Assembly: GCA_963801165.1 (NCBI GenBank)
Contig: CAWDDT010000010.1
Location: 1 to 64,000 of the forward strand
DNA from: an uncultured bacterium
GTDB lineage: Bacteria; Actinomycetota; Acidimicrobiia; Spongiisociales; UBA5794
Reading direction: 5' to 3'
Length of the DNA stretch: 64,000 nt
Below the pieces are notes generated by a model. The model was given only the letters and a program-made list of their open reading frames with translations, had not been told where the DNA came from and searched no databases. Below, piece after piece: positions 36,505 through 46,309 of this stretch. Numbering within the stretch: the stretch's first letter is position 1; every line of letters begins with the position of its first letter. The position numbers and the translations under genes are program-made.

Positions 36505-37108
36505 CTACACCAGCGCCCGCAGCCAGCGACCTGAGGGCAGGGCCAGCGCCCTGCTCAGATCGTGCGACGTGTCGAGATCGAGCGCCAATTGCGGATTGAC
36601 CTCCACCGATACCGGAGCGTTGTATGCCAGGTGACGATGGAAGCTGCCGTCGCCGTAGGCGAAGCGGAACTCCGCGTCGTGACCGGCGATGATATTCGTG
36701 CCGCCGTTGTAGGAAGGGACGAGAACCGTGCGGGTACGGCACCGATCGAACACCGCTGCGAGCGCCCCTGGAGTCACGAGCGGCAAATCGGCGTGGATGA
36801 CTGCCCACGGACGCTGTCGCCGCACCGCCTCGATCACGACGGATTCTGCGGCGCCGTCGAGACCGCTCTGCCCCGAGAGTCTCTCGTCGATAACGAGGTA
36901 CCCGTTGCTGCGGGCCCAGGAGGAGACGCCGGCGTCGCCGGTGACGATGGCGACAAGCGCTCCGGCATCGGTTGCGGCCGCGGCCGTATGCGCCGCCACG
37001 GCTCGTCCCAGACGGGAGCGTGTCGCGCTCGTCGAGCCGGTCACCCAGCCGGCGTTTGGCGACACCGAATGGCTTGACGGGGAGGGCCGCCAGGATCGCT
37101 TTGCTCAT
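36505..37108 (-). CDS. cofC: 2-phospho-L-lactate/PEP guanylyltransferase (F420 biosynthesis); apparent frameshift near 37027
   Basis: PVKPFGVAKRRL in one frame; ADLP, GGTN, FAYGDGSFHRH, LALDLDTSHDL in the next. Confidence 0.82.
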
Positions 37109-37160
37109 CGGACGAAGACTATATCCAGTGTCGGGCGCTTGGTTGGGTATGGTTCGGGCC

Positions 37161-38594
37161 GTGAGAAAGACAAAGATCATCGCAACGCTCGGTCCTGCCG
37201 TCTCCAGCTATGAGGCGATCCGGGAACTGGTCGCTGCCGGCATGGACGTTGCCCGGCTCAATTTTTCCCACGGTGACTACGGCGCACATCGCCGATTCAC
37301 CGATTGGGTGCGCGGGGCCGCCGCCGAGCTGAACAAGTCGGTGGCGATACTTCAGGACATCCAGGGCCCCCGCATCAGGGTCGGGACGTTTCCCGGCGGC
37401 TCTGTCACGCTGGAGCCGGGAAGTGAGGTCGTCCTTCGTGCCGGTGTGGCCCAAGGCTCGGCCCAGGAGGTACACATCGAGAATCTCCACGCGGCTCGTC
37501 TCAGCCCCGGCTCTTCGGTCCTGATGTCTGATGGGCTCATCTCTGTCCGCGTCAAGTCCTGGGACGGGGAAACGGCGCATGGCGAGGTGGTCGAGGGCGG
37601 GCTTCTGCGTGATCACAAGGGGGTCGCGTTCCCGGGAGCGATCATCGATGTGCCGGCCGTTTCCGATAAGGATGTCGCCGATCTGGCTTTCGGGCGAACC
37701 CTCGAGGTCGACTATGTGGCGGCGTCGTTCGTGTCGTCGGGTCTGGACGTCAAACGGGTCAAGAACCTGGTTCCCGGGACACCGGTGATCGCCAAGATCG
37801 AGAGTGTCGTGGGGTTAGGAAACCTCGACGACATTCTCAGCGAGGCGTACGGGGCGATGGTGGCCAGGGGAGACCTCGGTGTCGAGCTCTCTTATGCGGC
37901 GGTGCCGAGGGCACAGAAGGCGATCCTCAACAAAAGCAACGCCAGGGCCAAAATCTCAATCACGGCAACCGAGATGCTGGAGTCGATGAACACCTCGCCC
38001 CGACCGACCCGGGCCGAGGTGAGCGACGTGGCTACCGCGGTCCTCGACGGCAGCGATGCGGTGATGCTGTCTTCCGAAACCGCGGTTGGCAAGTACCCGA
38101 CCCGGGCGGTGGCGGCCATGGCGAGCATCTGCGTCGAGGCGGAGGCGAGCCCGGATTACGGGCGGGGTCCTGAGATCCATTTCCTCGAAGACCGCGCCCG
38201 GTTCGCTTCGGCGACTGCGCAGGCATGTGTCGACGCCGCAGAGAACCTCGACCTGAGGGCCATTGTCGCCTTCACCGAATCCGGCAGCACCGCCCGGCTC
38301 ATCTCGAAGTACCGCCCCCACACCGACATATTCGCCTACACGCCCCGGGAGGGGACCTACCGGCGCATGGCGCTCTACTCGGGCGTCACCCCGCTGCGGT
38401 TCGGCGGGGTGGACTCAACGGACCTCATGATCGAGCACGCTGAGACGAGTCTGCTCGAGCTGGGGATCGTGCAACCGGGCGACGGTGTCGTCATCGCTGC
38501 GGGCATCCCACCCAACCAGGCGGCGACGACGAACCTGATGAAGCTGCATTCGATAGGCGCCTCGACCGCAACGGTCAATCAACCGCCGGTTTAG
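37161..38594 (+). CDS. pyk: Pyruvate kinase
   Basis: RKTKIIATLGP, ARLNFSHG, IAKIE, MVARGDLGVE, ATEMLESM, DGSDAVMLS. Confidence 0.96.
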   Translation: MRKTKIIATLGPAVSSYEAIRELVAAGMDVARLNFSHGDYGAHRRFTDWVRGAAAELNKSVAILQDIQGPRIRVGTFPGGSVTLEPGSEVVLRAGVAQGSAQEVHIENLHAARLSPGSSVLMSDGLISVRVKSWDGETAHGEVVEGGLLRDHKGVAFPGAIIDVPAVSDKDVADLAFGRTLEVDYVAASFVSSGLDVKRVKNLVPGTPVIAKIESVVGLGNLDDILSEAYGAMVARGDLGVELSYAAVPRAQKAILNKSNARAKISITATEMLESMNTSPRPTRAEVSDVATAVLDGSDAVMLSSETAVGKYPTRAVAAMASICVEAEASPDYGRGPEIHFLEDRARFASATAQACVDAAENLDLRAIVAFTESGSTARLISKYRPHTDIFAYTPREGTYRRMALYSGVTPLRFGGVDSTDLMIEHAETSLLELGIVQPGDGVVIAAGIPPNQAATTNLMKLHSIGASTATVNQPPV

Positions 38595-39615
38595 CACCAT
38601 TCGGGGCGATCTCACCCGAGCCCCGCTCGATTAGCGGGTGCCCGACGATGATCTGCTGCCGCGGTTGGCTGCCGCCGTCGATCTGGCCGAAGAGAAGCTC
38701 GGCCGCCTGCCGTCCCAACTCCTTCGGTTTCTGTGGAATCACCGAGATGGCGGGTTCGACCACTTCAGCGAAGTCGATGTCGTCGAATCCGACCACAGCG
38801 ATCTCGTGTTGGAGACCGAGGTCGTGGAGTGCTGTGACGACACCCATCGTGACCAGGTTCTGTGCCGTGAAGACCGCGGTGATGTGCGAGTCCGAGCGGA
38901 GCAGGTCGGTACCTATGACCCGCCAATCCGCGTCGGTGTGGCTGCCGGCCAGAATGCGATGATCGGGGACCTCGACCCCTGCCGCTGCCATGGCATCGGC
39001 GAATCCGCGGAGCCGGTGTCGCGCCGACATGATGTCCGGATTGTCACCCAGGTAGGCGATGTTGCGGTGGCCATGGCCGAGTAGGTGCTCGGTAGCCGTC
39101 CGGGCGCCTCCGTAGTGATCGCTGCGAACGAGGTCGACGGATTGCTCGAACTCGATGTCGAGGTCGACCAGCACCACCGGCGAGCCGCGCTCGATCTCGG
39201 CGCGGAGCAGATCATCGCCACCACCGGAGGGGATGACGACCATGCCGTCGACCCGGCGCCCGATGAAGCGCTCGACGAGTTGCCGCTCTCTGGTGGGGGA
39301 GCCGTCGGTGCTCCCGGCGAGTACCAGATAGTCGCGAGCACTTGCCACCTCTTCGATGCCGCGCAAGATCGATGAGAAGAACGGGTTGGCCACGTCGGCG
39401 AGAACGAACCCGATAGTGCCGGTTCTGGCTGCCGACTGGCGCAGACGCCGGGCTCGATCGTCCGGCCGGTAGTCGAGCTCGGCGACGGCAGCTTCGACCC
39501 GCCTGGTGAAGTCGGGGCTGACGCCGCCCTCGCCGTTAACTACCCGCGACACGGTCTTGAGACTCACACCGGCCCTGCGAGCGACATCGTGCATTGTGGG
39601 GCGTCTTGACGGCAT
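38575..39615 (-). CDS. LacI family transcriptional regulator
   Basis: PTMHDVARRAGVSLKTVSRVVN, NPFF, VVGFDD. Confidence 0.94.
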   Translation of the reverse strand: MPSRRPTMHDVARRAGVSLKTVSRVVNGEGGVSPDFTRRVEAAVAELDYRPDDRARRLRQSAARTGTIGFVLADVANPFFSSILRGIEEVASARDYLVLAGSTDGSPTRERQLVERFIGRRVDGMVVIPSGGGDDLLRAEIERGSPVVLVDLDIEFEQSVDLVRSDHYGGARTATEHLLGHGHRNIAYLGDNPDIMSARHRLRGFADAMAAAGVEVPDHRILAGSHTDADWRVIGTDLLRSDSHITAVFTAQNLVTMGVVTALHDLGLQHEIAVVGFDDIDFAEVVEPAISVIPQKPKELGRQAAELLFGQIDGGSQPRQQIIVGHPLIERGSGEIAPNGAKPAVD

Positions 39616-39666
39616 GGTCGACAGAACCGGCTTTCGGGTGGATATATGTAGCAAGGTTCGCAAAGT

Positions 39667-39715
39667 TTGACAACGTTGTCAATGTATTCGTATGATTGCG
39701 CTGACAACGTTGTCA
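39667..39715 (+). promoter_or_regulatory. Sigma70-type promoter with two LacI-type operators
   Basis: Perfect palindromes TTGACAACGTTGTCAA (39667-39682) and TGACAACGTTGTCA (39702-39715); -35 TTGACA and -10 TATGAT (39691-39696). Confidence 0.85.
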
Positions 39716-39750
39716 AAGACACGTTGCAAAGCTCAATTGGGAGGAAACAA

Positions 39751-40887
39751 ATGAGCAACGTCCCCACGTCGAAGCTATCGTGGCGCCTCGCCGCAATGGT
39801 CTTCGCTCTGGTGATGGCGATCGCGGCATGTGGCGGTGACGACACGGCGTCCACCACGACAACCGCGGCGCCTGCGGATGGAGGAAGCGCAACGACGCAA
39901 GCCACGGGTGGCACCGTCGGCGTTTCGCTCATCCTCAAGAACACCAGCAATCCGTTCTTCGTGTCTATGGCCGATTCGGCGCAGGCAGAAGCCGATTCGA
40001 TCGGCGTCAGCCTGACCGTTGCGGCCGGCAAGGAAGACGGTGACACGCAGAGCCAGATCGATGCGATCGAGGCCGCAGTCGCCCGTGGCGACAAGGGCAT
40101 CCTGATCACCCCGAGCGGCCCGGCAGTCGTCCCTGCCCTCGATTCGGCACGGGCAGCCGGTCTGTATGTGATCGCCCTCGACACGCCACCGGATCCGGCG
40201 ACAGCAGTCGACATCACGTTCGCTACTGACAACTATCTGGCCGGTCAGTTGATTGGTCAATGGACCGCGGGAACCCTCAACGGAGAGAAGGCGACAATCG
40301 CCATGCTCGACCTGTTCAACGATCAGGTCGTCTCCGTCGACTACTACCGGGATCAGGGATTCCTCAACGGCATGGGCATCGTCGACTCGGTCGACACCAG
40401 CGGCAACGGTCACGAGCCGGCCACCGGCAGCTACAGCGGTGGCGACTATGAGGTCGTTTGCCACGAGCCCACCAACGGTGCCGTAGACGGCGGCAAGTCC
40501 GCTATGGAGACCTGTCTGGCGCAGAACCCCGACATCAACGTCGTGTACACCATCAACGAGCCGGCGGCACAGGGCGCCGAGGATGCGTTGACTGCAGCCG
40601 GTGCTGCCGAGGGTGTCATCATCGTGTCGGTCGACGGTGGCTGTGAGCCCGGTCTTCGTCTCGTGTCCGAGGGCGTCATCGGCGCCACGTCACAGCAATA
40701 TCCCGGCAAGATGGCCACGCTGGGTATGCAGGCGATCAAGACTCTGGCCGACGGCGGCGCAGCTCCTGAGGTGACTCCCGGTCTCGACTTCTACAACACG
40801 GGCGTCAACCTCGTCACGGATGCACCGGTTGCCGGTGTCGACAGCATCTCCGTAGCCGAGGGCCAGGGGATCTGCTGGGGCGGATGA
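39751..40887 (+). CDS. frcB: Monosaccharide (fructose-type, FrcB-like) ABC substrate-binding lipoprotein
   Basis: Lipobox IAAC, KNTSNPFFVSM, VIALDTP, FATDN, VYTINEPAA, SVDGGC, ATSQQYP. Confidence 0.8.
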   Translation: MSNVPTSKLSWRLAAMVFALVMAIAACGGDDTASTTTTAAPADGGSATTQATGGTVGVSLILKNTSNPFFVSMADSAQAEADSIGVSLTVAAGKEDGDTQSQIDAIEAAVARGDKGILITPSGPAVVPALDSARAAGLYVIALDTPPDPATAVDITFATDNYLAGQLIGQWTAGTLNGEKATIAMLDLFNDQVVSVDYYRDQGFLNGMGIVDSVDTSGNGHEPATGSYSGGDYEVVCHEPTNGAVDGGKSAMETCLAQNPDINVVYTINEPAAQGAEDALTAAGAAEGVIIVSVDGGCEPGLRLVSEGVIGATSQQYPGKMATLGMQAIKTLADGGAAPEVTPGLDFYNTGVNLVTDAPVAGVDSISVAEGQGICWGG

Positions 40888-40910
40888 GCCATTAGCTAGC
40901 ACGTAAACAC

Positions 40911-40953
40911 GAGCAGGGCGGTTCAACGGCCCTCCGGTTGCACCGCCCTGCTC
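40911..40953 (+). terminator. Intercistronic stem-loop
   Basis: GAGCAGGGCGGT...ACCGCCCTGCTC 12-bp inverted repeat. Confidence 0.65.
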
Positions 40954-40999
40954 AATCTCTGTACGCTCACGCACATGTTCGCGTGGATGTGGGAGTCCA

Positions 41000-42058
41000 A
41001 TGGATAGCAACCCGACTGCGGATAGCAAACCGAGTGCGGACGACACCCTTGCCAGCCTGACCCATCAACCCAGGACGGTGCTCGACCGTATCCAGCACCT
41101 CCTCCACCGTTACCCGGTCATCAGCCCGGCGTTCGTACTGTTCGGGTCGGCGATCGTGTTCACGATTATGGGCAATGGGCGCTTCCAGCGTCCCGAGACG
41201 ATTGGCATCATCCTTCAGCAGACGGCCGTCATGGCGACGCTCGCCGTCGGCCAAACCCTCATCATTCTCACTGCCGGCATCGACCTCGCCGTTGGCACGG
41301 GCATGCTGCTCACCCATCTGGTTATCGCCAAGCTGGTGGCCGACCAGGGTGTGGCTCCAATCCTCGCTCTTCTGATCGGCGCCCTGGTCGGGCTGGGCTT
41401 GGGTGCGTTCCATGGCTTTGTCGTCACCAAGGTGAGGCTGCCGCCGTTCATCGTCACCCTCGGCACGTTCTACATCTTCAACTCGATCGGTCTGGTCTAC
41501 AGCAAGGCCCAGACCACCTCCAAGGAAGCGCTCGGAGGTCAGAAGTCCTTGCTGCTGTTCACCGGGAGGCAGATAAGCCTCGGTTCGATGCGGATCACCT
41601 GGGGGGTGATCATCGCACTCGGCCTCTACATCCTGGTCGCATACGTACTGGCAAACACTTCCTGGGGTCTTCACGTCTACGCCACCGGTGACGATCCGGA
41701 GGCGGCACGGCTCGCCGGTATCAATGTGAACCGTGTGCTATTCAGCGTTTACGTGGTTGCCGGTCTCATCTACGCCCTCGGCGGTTGGGTGCAACTCGGC
41801 AGGTCTCTCTCGGCAAGCTCGAACGCCGCCACCGACGTCAACCTGGAGACCATCACCGCAGTTGTCATCGGCGGCACCAGCCTGTTCGGCGGCCGGGGCC
41901 GCATCTGGGGTACCTTGGTCGGAGCGCTGATCGTGACGGTGTTCAGGATCGGCCTCAAGCTGGGCGGTGTCGACGCCTACTACCAGAACTTCGCCATCGG
42001 CTCGCTGATTCTCATCGCCGTGGCGCTCGACCAGTGGATTAGGAGGGTAGGGAGATGA
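41000..42058 (+). CDS. frcC: Sugar ABC transporter permease
   Basis: GQTLIILTAGIDL, LPPFIVTLG, ITAVVIGGTSLFGGRG. Confidence 0.85.
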   Translation: MDSNPTADSKPSADDTLASLTHQPRTVLDRIQHLLHRYPVISPAFVLFGSAIVFTIMGNGRFQRPETIGIILQQTAVMATLAVGQTLIILTAGIDLAVGTGMLLTHLVIAKLVADQGVAPILALLIGALVGLGLGAFHGFVVTKVRLPPFIVTLGTFYIFNSIGLVYSKAQTTSKEALGGQKSLLLFTGRQISLGSMRITWGVIIALGLYILVAYVLANTSWGLHVYATGDDPEAARLAGINVNRVLFSVYVVAGLIYALGGWVQLGRSLSASSNAATDVNLETITAVVIGGTSLFGGRGRIWGTLVGALIVTVFRIGLKLGGVDAYYQNFAIGSLILIAVALDQWIRRVGR

Positions 42059-42825
42059 GCGACGGAACCCGTGAGCCCATCCTGACAGCACAGGGCCTGG
42101 TCAAACGGTTCGGGCGGGTCGTCGCCCTCGACGGCTCCGACCTCGAGCTTTACGCGGGCGAGGTGCTCGCCGTCATCGGTGACAACGGCGCCGGTAAATC
42201 GACACTGATCAAGTGTCTGTCGGGGGCGATGGTTCCGGAAGAGGGCACCATGTACCTCGACGGCAAGCAGCTGCATTTCCGCCGGCCGACCGATGCGCGA
42301 GAAGCCGGCATAGAAACGGTATACCAGACACTGGCCGTGGCGCCGGCACTCGACATCGCCACCAACCTGTTTCTAGGGAGGGAGCGTCGCCGTGCCGGGA
42401 TGGTCGGCTCAGTGTTTCGGATGGTGGACAAAGCAGGGATGCGGAGAGACGCCAAGAACGCGCTCGACGAGCTCGGTATCGGGACGCTGCAGGACATTAC
42501 CCAGGCTGTGGAAACACTCTCCGGTGGTCAGCGGCAGGCCGTAGCCGTCGCCCGCGCCGCCGCATTCGGCAGCAGGGTGGTCATACTCGACGAGCCGACG
42601 GCGGCGCTCGGTGTCCGCGAATCGGGTCAGGTGTTGCAACTTATCCGTGATCTACGTGATCGGGGCCTTCCGGTGATCCTGATCAGCCACAACATGCCCC
42701 ACGTGTTCGAGGTCGCCGACCGGATTCACATCCAACGGCTCGGTAAACGAACCGCGATAGTCACTCCGCAGACCCATACGATGTCGGAGGCCGTCGCTAT
42801 CATGACCGGCGCCGCAGCCGCCTAG
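42055..42825 (+). CDS. frcA: Sugar ABC transporter ATP-binding protein
   Basis: GDNGAGKS, LSGGQRQ, ILDEPT, ISHN. Confidence 0.88.
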   Translation: MSDGTREPILTAQGLVKRFGRVVALDGSDLELYAGEVLAVIGDNGAGKSTLIKCLSGAMVPEEGTMYLDGKQLHFRRPTDAREAGIETVYQTLAVAPALDIATNLFLGRERRRAGMVGSVFRMVDKAGMRRDAKNALDELGIGTLQDITQAVETLSGGQRQAVAVARAAAFGSRVVILDEPTAALGVRESGQVLQLIRDLRDRGLPVILISHNMPHVFEVADRIHIQRLGKRTAIVTPQTHTMSEAVAIMTGAAAA

Positions 42826-42956
42826 GACGGCGGTGATTGATCGCCGAGGAGGGTCGCATGCCCCGACACATCTGTGTGTCGATCAGGGGCGTGAGCCAGC
42901 GCCGGGTTCAATCAGAACGCTTCTAGAACACGGCTGCGCCGTGCCGAGGAGGACCG

Positions 42957-43280
42957 ATGGGCCAGACGATAAGTGTCGCCGCCAAGAGGATCGACGATTT
43001 CTGCGTGTTTACGACCGACCGTGTGCTGACCGGCCAGGACGGAGTGCGCTACGAGTCGGTGGGGGCGGCTGAGGCGGGGGATGGCTTTCTTGCTCTGTTG
43101 GCGCAACGCCTGTTCGGGTCGGACGCCGGAGTCGAGAGCGTGTGGGTGGCGTCCAGCGAGGTCATCGTCGGCCGATCCGACGGCTGGGATCCCGACAGAA
43201 TGGCGGCCGCCCAGCAGACGATCACCGATCTCTATCGGTTCTACCCACCCTCACCGGGTGGCGGCTCCGGGGCGACGTAA
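42957..43280 (+). CDS. Hypothetical protein (NifU N-terminal/scaffold-like)
   Basis: GAGGAGG RBS; FTTDR.LTG, LAQRLF...GVESVWV. Confidence 0.6.
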   Translation: MGQTISVAAKRIDDFCVFTTDRVLTGQDGVRYESVGAAEAGDGFLALLAQRLFGSDAGVESVWVASSEVIVGRSDGWDPDRMAAAQQTITDLYRFYPPSPGGGSGAT

Positions 43281-45244
43281 ACGCCGACGTTCACTGTGAC
43301 CGCAGACCCGGCGTCAACCCAGGAATTCGCACCCGGTGTCATCGACACGATGAGGCCGTCGGAGCCCTGCTCGCTGATCTCGACCGTCGGCCCCTCGACC
43401 AGGCTCAACCCGACACCCTGAAGCACAGCCCGGGCATTCTCGACCGAGCCACCGATGACCGACGGCACCTTGATCGGGCACTCGACTGTGGAGTCGGGAA
43501 CCATGCACGGGTGCACCTCGATGATCTTCGGCTCGGCGTGATAGGTCCACTGATATTCCTTTTCCTCAACCCGCCCGTCGGGCCATGTCATGACCCGCTT
43601 GACGGTATTGGAGAAGCCGCCGAATCCGTTCTGGGTGACACGTTGCTCGTCGGGGTTGAGATCATCGGCTGCGACGTATTGCTCCTCTGGTTGCGTGAAG
43701 TTGTACCGGCTCCCCAGCTGACGCTCGACCTGGCAACCGCCGTTGTTCCCATAGAACTCGACCGTGATATCCGTCGCCGTGTAATGCGTCTTGATGATGA
43801 CGACTGTATCGGTGTTGTTCTTGAAGATCAGATTGGGCTCCGGCCAGGAGACGGTCGCCTCATTGACCTCCGGGTAGCGGCTGAAGTAGTAGCTGTGCGG
43901 TTTGTGGGTCACGTCCTCGTAGCATCCGTAGAAGACCGCGTTGTAGAAGGTGGTGGCAAACTGGCTCACACCGCCGCCCACGTCGTCGACGAGTTCGCCG
44001 CCCAGGATCATCGGAGCCGAGACGTAGCCTTTCTCCGCGGTCCGCTGGCCCACGTACTCGTTGAGTGAGAATTCCTCGCCCGGCATCACCATGGCGCCAT
44101 CCACGGTGTCGGCGATCGTGTGGATGTTGGTTACGCGAGGCTGGCCCGCCGGATGCGATGTCGTGAATCCTGATACGTACCCGATGTCGCCCATCGCCTC
44201 GGCGTCGGCGGTCGTGAAATCGGCCTCCGCGCCCTTGCCAAACGGAAAGACGCCCGAATTGGTGGATGAGGCTGCGGCCTTCTCCAACGCGTCGGTCACG
44301 AGACCGGCGTCCATCAGCGTGGCGTCCCGTGACGGCAACAGGCTCACCTCTCTTGTGTCCTCGTTGATCAGGAACTGCGCGTCGCGGGCGGGTTGCTCGA
44401 TCTCGCTCTTGTGCGGTGCCAGCAGCGACTCGATCTTGGCCTGGTCGAACGACACCTCGAGCCGGACAGGCGAGTCCTTGGTGACCTTGGAGACCAACGC
44501 GTTGGCGAGTTCCTCCCGGGCGAAGGTAATGGACACCTCCGGGTCGTCGGAGGCCAGGGTCACCGGCTCGTCGATCAAGCGGGCGGCCTCGGTGGTTGCC
44601 GCGTCGATGTCGTCCCGCGTCAGCTCGGGCTGCAGCTGGGTGGTTTCGAGCGTCACGGGTGATCTGTCGATCGACTCGACGGAAGCCAGTACCTCTTGGT
44701 AGGCCTGATCGCGGTCGATACCCTCACCGGGTCGCGGATAATCGGGGAGGATGCGGGTGTCCTCGACGATGATTCCACCGTCATACGCCGGCATGGCAAT
44801 AGCCTTGGTCTGCCACTCGCTCAGTACCTCGTCGAGCAGCTCCGAATCAATGGTCACCGGAATGTCGAGCTCGATGTGGTCTCCGAAGCTTCCGAACCAG
44901 GAGAAGAAGCTGCCCGGGAATCCCTTGTCCCGGCGCTGCTGCATCGCTTCGGTCACAATCGCCTGTTCGTCGATGTTGAGGCCGATGGTTGCCGGAATGA
45001 GCGTGAATTGGGTGTTTGCGACGGTGAAGATCGCAGGGGTGTTGGCCAGCTCGGTCTCGTATTCGCGGAGCGCAGCGATCGCATCTTCCTCGCCGAGCCC
45101 GCCGAGCTGAACCCCGGCTGCCGACACGTTGCGCGCGATCTCGCCGGACGTTCGTGCGCCGTCGATGGCGAATAGGAGCACTGGCAGCAGCACGACGGCC
45201 GCCACAGCACCGATAATTATCCACCGTCGAAGTTGATGAGTCAT
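43241..45244 (-). CDS. VanW family protein with PG-binding and PASTA-like domains
   Basis: N-terminal TM; R.TNI, PGEEFSLNE.VG.RT.EKGY, GGGVSQFATTFYNA, HSYY. Confidence 0.9.
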   Translation of the reverse strand: MTHQLRRWIIIGAVAAVVLLPVLLFAIDGARTSGEIARNVSAAGVQLGGLGEEDAIAALREYETELANTPAIFTVANTQFTLIPATIGLNIDEQAIVTEAMQQRRDKGFPGSFFSWFGSFGDHIELDIPVTIDSELLDEVLSEWQTKAIAMPAYDGGIIVEDTRILPDYPRPGEGIDRDQAYQEVLASVESIDRSPVTLETTQLQPELTRDDIDAATTEAARLIDEPVTLASDDPEVSITFAREELANALVSKVTKDSPVRLEVSFDQAKIESLLAPHKSEIEQPARDAQFLINEDTREVSLLPSRDATLMDAGLVTDALEKAAASSTNSGVFPFGKGAEADFTTADAEAMGDIGYVSGFTTSHPAGQPRVTNIHTIADTVDGAMVMPGEEFSLNEYVGQRTAEKGYVSAPMILGGELVDDVGGGVSQFATTFYNAVFYGCYEDVTHKPHSYYFSRYPEVNEATVSWPEPNLIFKNNTDTVVIIKTHYTATDITVEFYGNNGGCQVERQLGSRYNFTQPEEQYVAADDLNPDEQRVTQNGFGGFSNTVKRVMTWPDGRVEEKEYQWTYHAEPKIIEVHPCMVPDSTVECPIKVPSVIGGSVENARAVLQGVGLSLVEGPTVEISEQGSDGLIVSMTPGANSWVDAGSAVTVNVGVYVAPEPPPGEGG

Positions 45245-45414
45245 GTAGAAAAAGAAGAGCGGAGCGAATCCGGAATGTAATGTGCCGGCTGCCAACCGGC
45301 TCTTGTCTATCGAGCCTCCGGCAACACCAGCCCGGCGGAACGGAGCGTAGCAGCTACGCAACCGAACGCGGTCACACACCCGGCAGGCGAGTCGGAGGCG
45401 ATACCATCGGGCTC

Positions 45415-46188
45415 GTGCTCTCGTTTCCACGTGTTGCCCCGGGCAAGGCGCTCAGCATATCTGCAACGTTGTACGTCACGTTCACCCGGTGTCCTGACCA
45501 GGCGCTGGGTCGCGTACACGGTGTCTACCCCGAAGAAACGATTGCATCGTTTCGTGGAGGTCTCGCCCACCGCGTCTTCGCTCGCCATCTCGAGCGAGGT
45601 CCCATCGGGAGCGACGAGTTCGAGAAGGTATGCCGTGAGGAGATAGGCACCGGGCTGAACCCGAGCTTGGGAGCGTTGGGGCTGCGGCCGTCTCAGCTCG
45701 CTCCGGTGGTCAAGGAGGTGGGCGACCTATACCAGCGATTCAAGGCCGTCATCCGCGAGGGCTTTCGGGACGCAGACGTCTTCATCGAGCTCGAACCTGC
45801 CGCAGGCGTGACGTTGCGCGGCTCGATCGATGCCGTCTTCGACGATGCCGGCGGCGTCTGTCTCGTTGACTGGAAGACCGGTGGTCTCCACGAAATCGGA
45901 TCGCAGCTCGGGTTCTACGCGATGTTGTGGGCTCTCGATCGGGGCGAACTCCCGACGCGGGTCGAGGCGTTGTCGATAGCGTCCGGCGAGCGTTTCGAGG
46001 CCGAGCCGTCTCTGGCGTCGGTCACCGAGACTGCCGCGTCGGTCGCGGCGATGGTCACCATGCTCCGGCGAGCGGCCGATGAGGGCCGTGACGAGCTGGA
46101 GCGGATCGGCGGGCCCTGGTGCTCTTTTTGCCCGCTACTCGACTCCTGTGCCGAGGGCGCCGCCGCGGTCAAGATCACGACGGCGTGA
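45415..46188 (+). CDS. PD-(D/E)XK nuclease, AddB/Cas4-like
   Basis: RCP, GGLAH, LRGSIDAV...LVDWKTG, QLGFY, C-terminal CSFCPLLDSC. Confidence 0.8.
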   Translation: MLSFPRVAPGKALSISATLYVTFTRCPDQALGRVHGVYPEETIASFRGGLAHRVFARHLERGPIGSDEFEKVCREEIGTGLNPSLGALGLRPSQLAPVVKEVGDLYQRFKAVIREGFRDADVFIELEPAAGVTLRGSIDAVFDDAGGVCLVDWKTGGLHEIGSQLGFYAMLWALDRGELPTRVEALSIASGERFEAEPSLASVTETAASVAAMVTMLRRAADEGRDELERIGGPWCSFCPLLDSCAEGAAAVKITTA

Positions 46189-46309
46189 CAACCCTGTGCC
46201 CGGGTGTGTGCCGGGCGGCTCCAGCCCAGGCCTGGCATCGGTGACGCAAAATGGTGATGCATCGGGCCCGGCGACCCTTCACGCGATCAAGCAGCGCCCC
46301 TCCCATGCC

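Noticed and set aside
45415-46188. CRISPR-associated cas4
   Set aside because: No cas1, cas2 or array nearby; treated as a stand-alone PD-(D/E)XK nuclease.
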